From: Entomortierella parvispora E1425
Taxonomy: Eukaryota; Fungi; Mortierellomycota
Assembly: GCA_020891255.1 (NCBI GenBank)
Contig: BQFW01000007.1
Location: forward strand, 558,001 to 622,000
Direction: 5' to 3'
DNA length: 64,000 nt
Shown here: one piece after another, positions 61,042-64,000 of the stretch
Position numbering within the stretch: position 1 is the stretch's first letter
Layout of the letters: each line of letters begins with the position of its first letter
Notes under the pieces: generated by a model
The model's database searches: none
What the model saw: only the letters and a program-made list of their open reading frames with translations
Told to the model about the DNA's origin: nothing
Made by a program: the position numbers and the translations under genes

Positions 61042-61208
61042 GGTAATCTATGGCATTGTTGTGTTTAAAAAAAAGTTAGTATCATTACTTTTTGCTTGTC
61101 TAGCTCTGGCGGGGTCCAGATGGTAGCGAAATGCAACGAAAAGCATACAGGCTTTGTCCACGAAAGGGTGAATGACGGTGCAGTAAACAAGGAGAATGAA
61201 GACTAATG

Positions 61209-61234
<26 letters not shown>
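61209..61234. repeat. (GT)13 microsatellite upstream of the PIN-Fanzor start
   Basis: Read directly from the sequence. Confidence 0.93.
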
Positions 61235-61239
<5 letters not shown>

Positions 61240-61446
61240 TGGGTTGGAGGAGCTGGAGCTGTTGATGATTTGAAAGGAGGATCCAAAGAATGGAAAGTGA
61301 AGGCGGACGAATGACCAAAGTGCTGCTTTTCCCATAGTCTATCCTCTTTTTATCAGTTCCTTGCGCGTGGTTCAACTGATGGAACCCAGCGGCCCGTCCT
61401 CTGAAAACACAACCCATAACACATCCAGCTCAGTAGGAAACACACT

Positions 61447-61648
61447 TGTCGCTATCTCCTTTCATGCTCTATGAAATGTTTTGGTACTCACAAGAAGTAA
61501 TTGGGACTAAGAGAAGGATCTGAACTGACCCCTCTGTCTCGATCCTATAAGGACGAGCCAGAGTGGCTTAGCACGGCTCCTGTCATCTTGCTTTATTGTG
61601 CTATCTGACATGCCCGCTTGACCCAAATATACCACAGCCCTCTTCCTT
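61447..61648 (-). mobile_element. Candidate polypurine tract (61648-61637) and ~190-bp 3' LTR (61636-61447) of the Gypsy element
   Basis: Minus strand AAGGAAGAGGGC is followed by TGTGGTA...AATAAA...TAGCGACA (TGT...ACA termini). The 5' LTR lies outside the window, so this cannot be confirmed by pairing. Confidence 0.5.
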
Positions 61649-61936
61649 GGGGAAGGCTGAAAGCCGGGTAAGAATAGTATCATTTGTGTCGTACAAGCAT
61701 GCTTGATGATCCCAAGTAAGAAAAAGAAATCAAAAAAAGAAACATATAAAAAAAATAAAAAATAAAAAAATAAGTGAAATGGAAGTCAACATCTTCCAAT
61801 GACCTTGGTGGAGACTACCGGGCAAAAATCAAAAAAGCCTGGCTGAAGGGAAAACCTCGTGGGTGAAAACCTTCATCGTTCTCCTGAGGGAAAAGCGGAA
61901 AACAACCCTCCATAATTCATTTAGCGATGTGAGTGG

Positions 61937-64000
61937 TTAAGTGCGCTTGCGTTTTTTCGCATGAGCTGCTTTCTCCTTTCTAGCCCGCTCAGCGCCTTCG
62001 CCAGTTTGGTCTGCCGACTGGGTTTGACCTGACCGCGTACGCGTCCTTGTCGCGATCGTTGTGTTCTCACTGGAATCATTGCCCTCTTGGTTCCGACCAG
62101 TTGGGTCTTCCTCTGATTCTGATTCGCTGTCTGTGAAGTCCGTCTCTTGAACTGCCTGCCCAGACTTAGTCCTCTTCGTCAGATGGTTTAACTGCTGCGA
62201 CGAGTGCACCCCTGGTCGATCGCGAGTCTTCCAGTAGTCCTCGATGCATTTCGTCTCAAAGAAATTCCTTATCGGTTCCCAGGTATTGTCCTTTGCCGTG
62301 TATCCTTTCCACTTCACCAGGTACTCTACTCCCCCCCCAGGTGGCTCCCTGTGGTTGAGTACTTTTTCTACCTCGTAAGTGGGTGTAGCTTCAAAATCCT
62401 CCAAGACGAGTTTGAGCTGTGATGGTGCAAAATTACGCTTGAGTTCCTCACCTGTACCGTCACGCAGTACATATGAGCCCCCTGTTGTTTTGCGAACGAC
62501 CGTAAATGGTCCCTCGTAACGCGGCGCAAGTTTGTCTCCTCGGATTGGGTCAATTGACATCACCTTAGCTCCGTCAGCAAATTCATTGAGCAGGATCGAT
62601 TTGTTGAATCGTTCGACCATTCGTCGTTGGGTCTCCTTAGCCTTAGCTGCAATTCCTGGAAAGACAACATCGGTCACGTATTGTAGTCTCTCCAAGAGTT
62701 CTTCCTTCGTGGCGGCTCCCACATTGGCACGCGGAAAGTTGCTGTTCCCGTCGTATTGTCTGGCAAAGAAGAGTGAAAATGGAGATGAGTTGTGTAACGC
62801 GACGATCCTCGTGTTCATGGCCAACTGTGCCATAGGTACATGCTGTGCCCAACTGGCTTTGTCTCCTTTGATCTCCTTCCTAATTATGTTGCAAGCCGTC
62901 TTGACGTGGTTCTCTGCCACTCCATTTCCCCGTGGGTGATATGGTGTGACAAGACGGTGCTCTGCTCCTGCTTTCTTCAGTAGCGTGGTTACTGCCTCGT
63001 TGACAAACTCTCTGCCATTATCCGATTGGATGATCCTGGGGAATCCGATCGTAGTGAAGATACCAAGAAGTACTTCCGCGATCGTGAGTGCTGCTTTGTC
63101 TGGTATGGGTCGTAAGAATACAAACCGCGTGCATACGTCGACCAGCACAAGGAGGTATCGGCATCCATTGCTTTCCTCCGGAAATGGTCCAGCCAGGTCG
63201 ACTGCCATGTGTTCACCAGGTAGATTCGAATATATGGCCGCCAATGGGTGATAGCCTTTGCGAGCGATGTTGGTTCGCTGGCATTCGCGACAACGTTTGA
63301 CGTGTTCCAGACAATCCTTGACAAGATGTGGCCAAGTTTTGCCTATCGCATGAATATGTTTAACCATTGCATTGGCACCGAAGTGGCCATTTGCATGTAC
63401 ATCATCTAACAGCGTCGTTCTGTCCGATTCCTCGACGGTTTCCCTAATTGTGTCCTTGTCCTGGATCAGATGTACGTAACCATACACTTTGTCTGGTGCG
63501 GTTCCTTTGATCTTATCCGTCCATAAGTCCTTTGGAAATTGCCGAGATAACGCGTCTGGCAGAACGTTCAGCGCTCCTGGTCGGTACACCACCTTGAAGT
63601 TGTAATCCAAGATTGTCTCCTGCCACGCTGTCAACATGGAGTTCATCTCTTGCTGGGTATGCATGAATGTCAGAGCTCTATGGTCCGTGTAGAGCGTGAA
63701 GTGTCTACCCCATAGGTAATAGTGCAATTTCTTTAGTGCAAAGACAATCGCCAGCAACTCCCGCTGTGTAGCTGAATAATTGCGTTCACTTGGTTGCAAT
63801 GAACGTGCGACAAATGACACATACCGAATATTCTCCGGGTTTTGCTCCCCATCAGGTAATTGATACAATACTGCTCCTATGCCGAAGTTCGATGCATCTG
63901 TGGCAACATGGAACGGTAGGCTAAAATCAGCAAAGTGTAGGATGGGAGCAGCGATGAGCAGATTCTTTAGGGCGTTGAAACATTCAAGCTGTCTCTTATC
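61937..64000 (-). mobile_element. pol: Ty3/Gypsy chromovirus pol, 3' part: RNase H, integrase and chromodomain; frame open to the window edge
   Basis: RNase [14 protein letters not shown] and [21 protein letters not shown]. Integrase HHCC (HANGH..CREC) and DDE (DLAGP, SDNGREF, NGVAEN), GPF. Chromodomain [23 protein letters not shown]. No stops seen. Confidence 0.96.

Larger units (their letters stand above)
56534..61446 (-). mobile_element. Putative Fanzor-bearing element with no transposase ORF in this interval; boundaries uncertain
   Basis: Fanzors are typically TE-borne. The 3' hairpin + CTAG resembles a Helitron-type end. No convincing TIR or TSD found. Confidence 0.38.

Noticed and set aside
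56538-61172. TTCACCC (56538-56544) and GGGTGAA (~61166-61172) as terminal inverted repeats of the Fanzor element
   Set aside because: Only 7 bp, not extendable and no TSD; expected by chance.

Overview
Intron-rich fungal DNA. Gene content and intron style point to an early-diverging fungus, most likely Mortierellaceae (Mucoromycota); this is inferred, not proven. Positions 1-56.5 kb are mostly housekeeping genes: RAD2/XPG (partial), a C1orf109/AIRIM-like gene, an intronless bacterial-type MgtA Mg2+ P-type ATPase, the HECT ligase TOM1/HUWE1, ESF2, TPC1, importin-5/KAP121, a type-I membrane protein, a WDR53-like gene, glucosylceramide synthase, MAK3/NAA30, TMEM230, eIF3m, RPS30 and an Integrator subunit INTS1-like gene. 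This part also holds a decayed NLR-type WD40-repeat relic and a 3 x ~175 bp tandem array with a hypervariable 20-nt loop. The last 7.5 kb is a mobile-element island. The main finding is that five separate ORFs at 56597-61041 (minus strand) splice in frame through four GT-AG introns into one intact 1360-aa protein. It has an N-terminal FEN1/XPG-type PIN/H3TH flap-nuclease module fused to a C-terminal Fanzor (TnpB-like RuvC + zinc finger) module with all three RuvC acidic residues present. A strong hairpin lies just after its stop codon (candidate omegaRNA or element end). A Ty3/Gypsy chromovirus lies immediately upstream. All assignments rest on motif recognition and hand splicing; no database searches were run.
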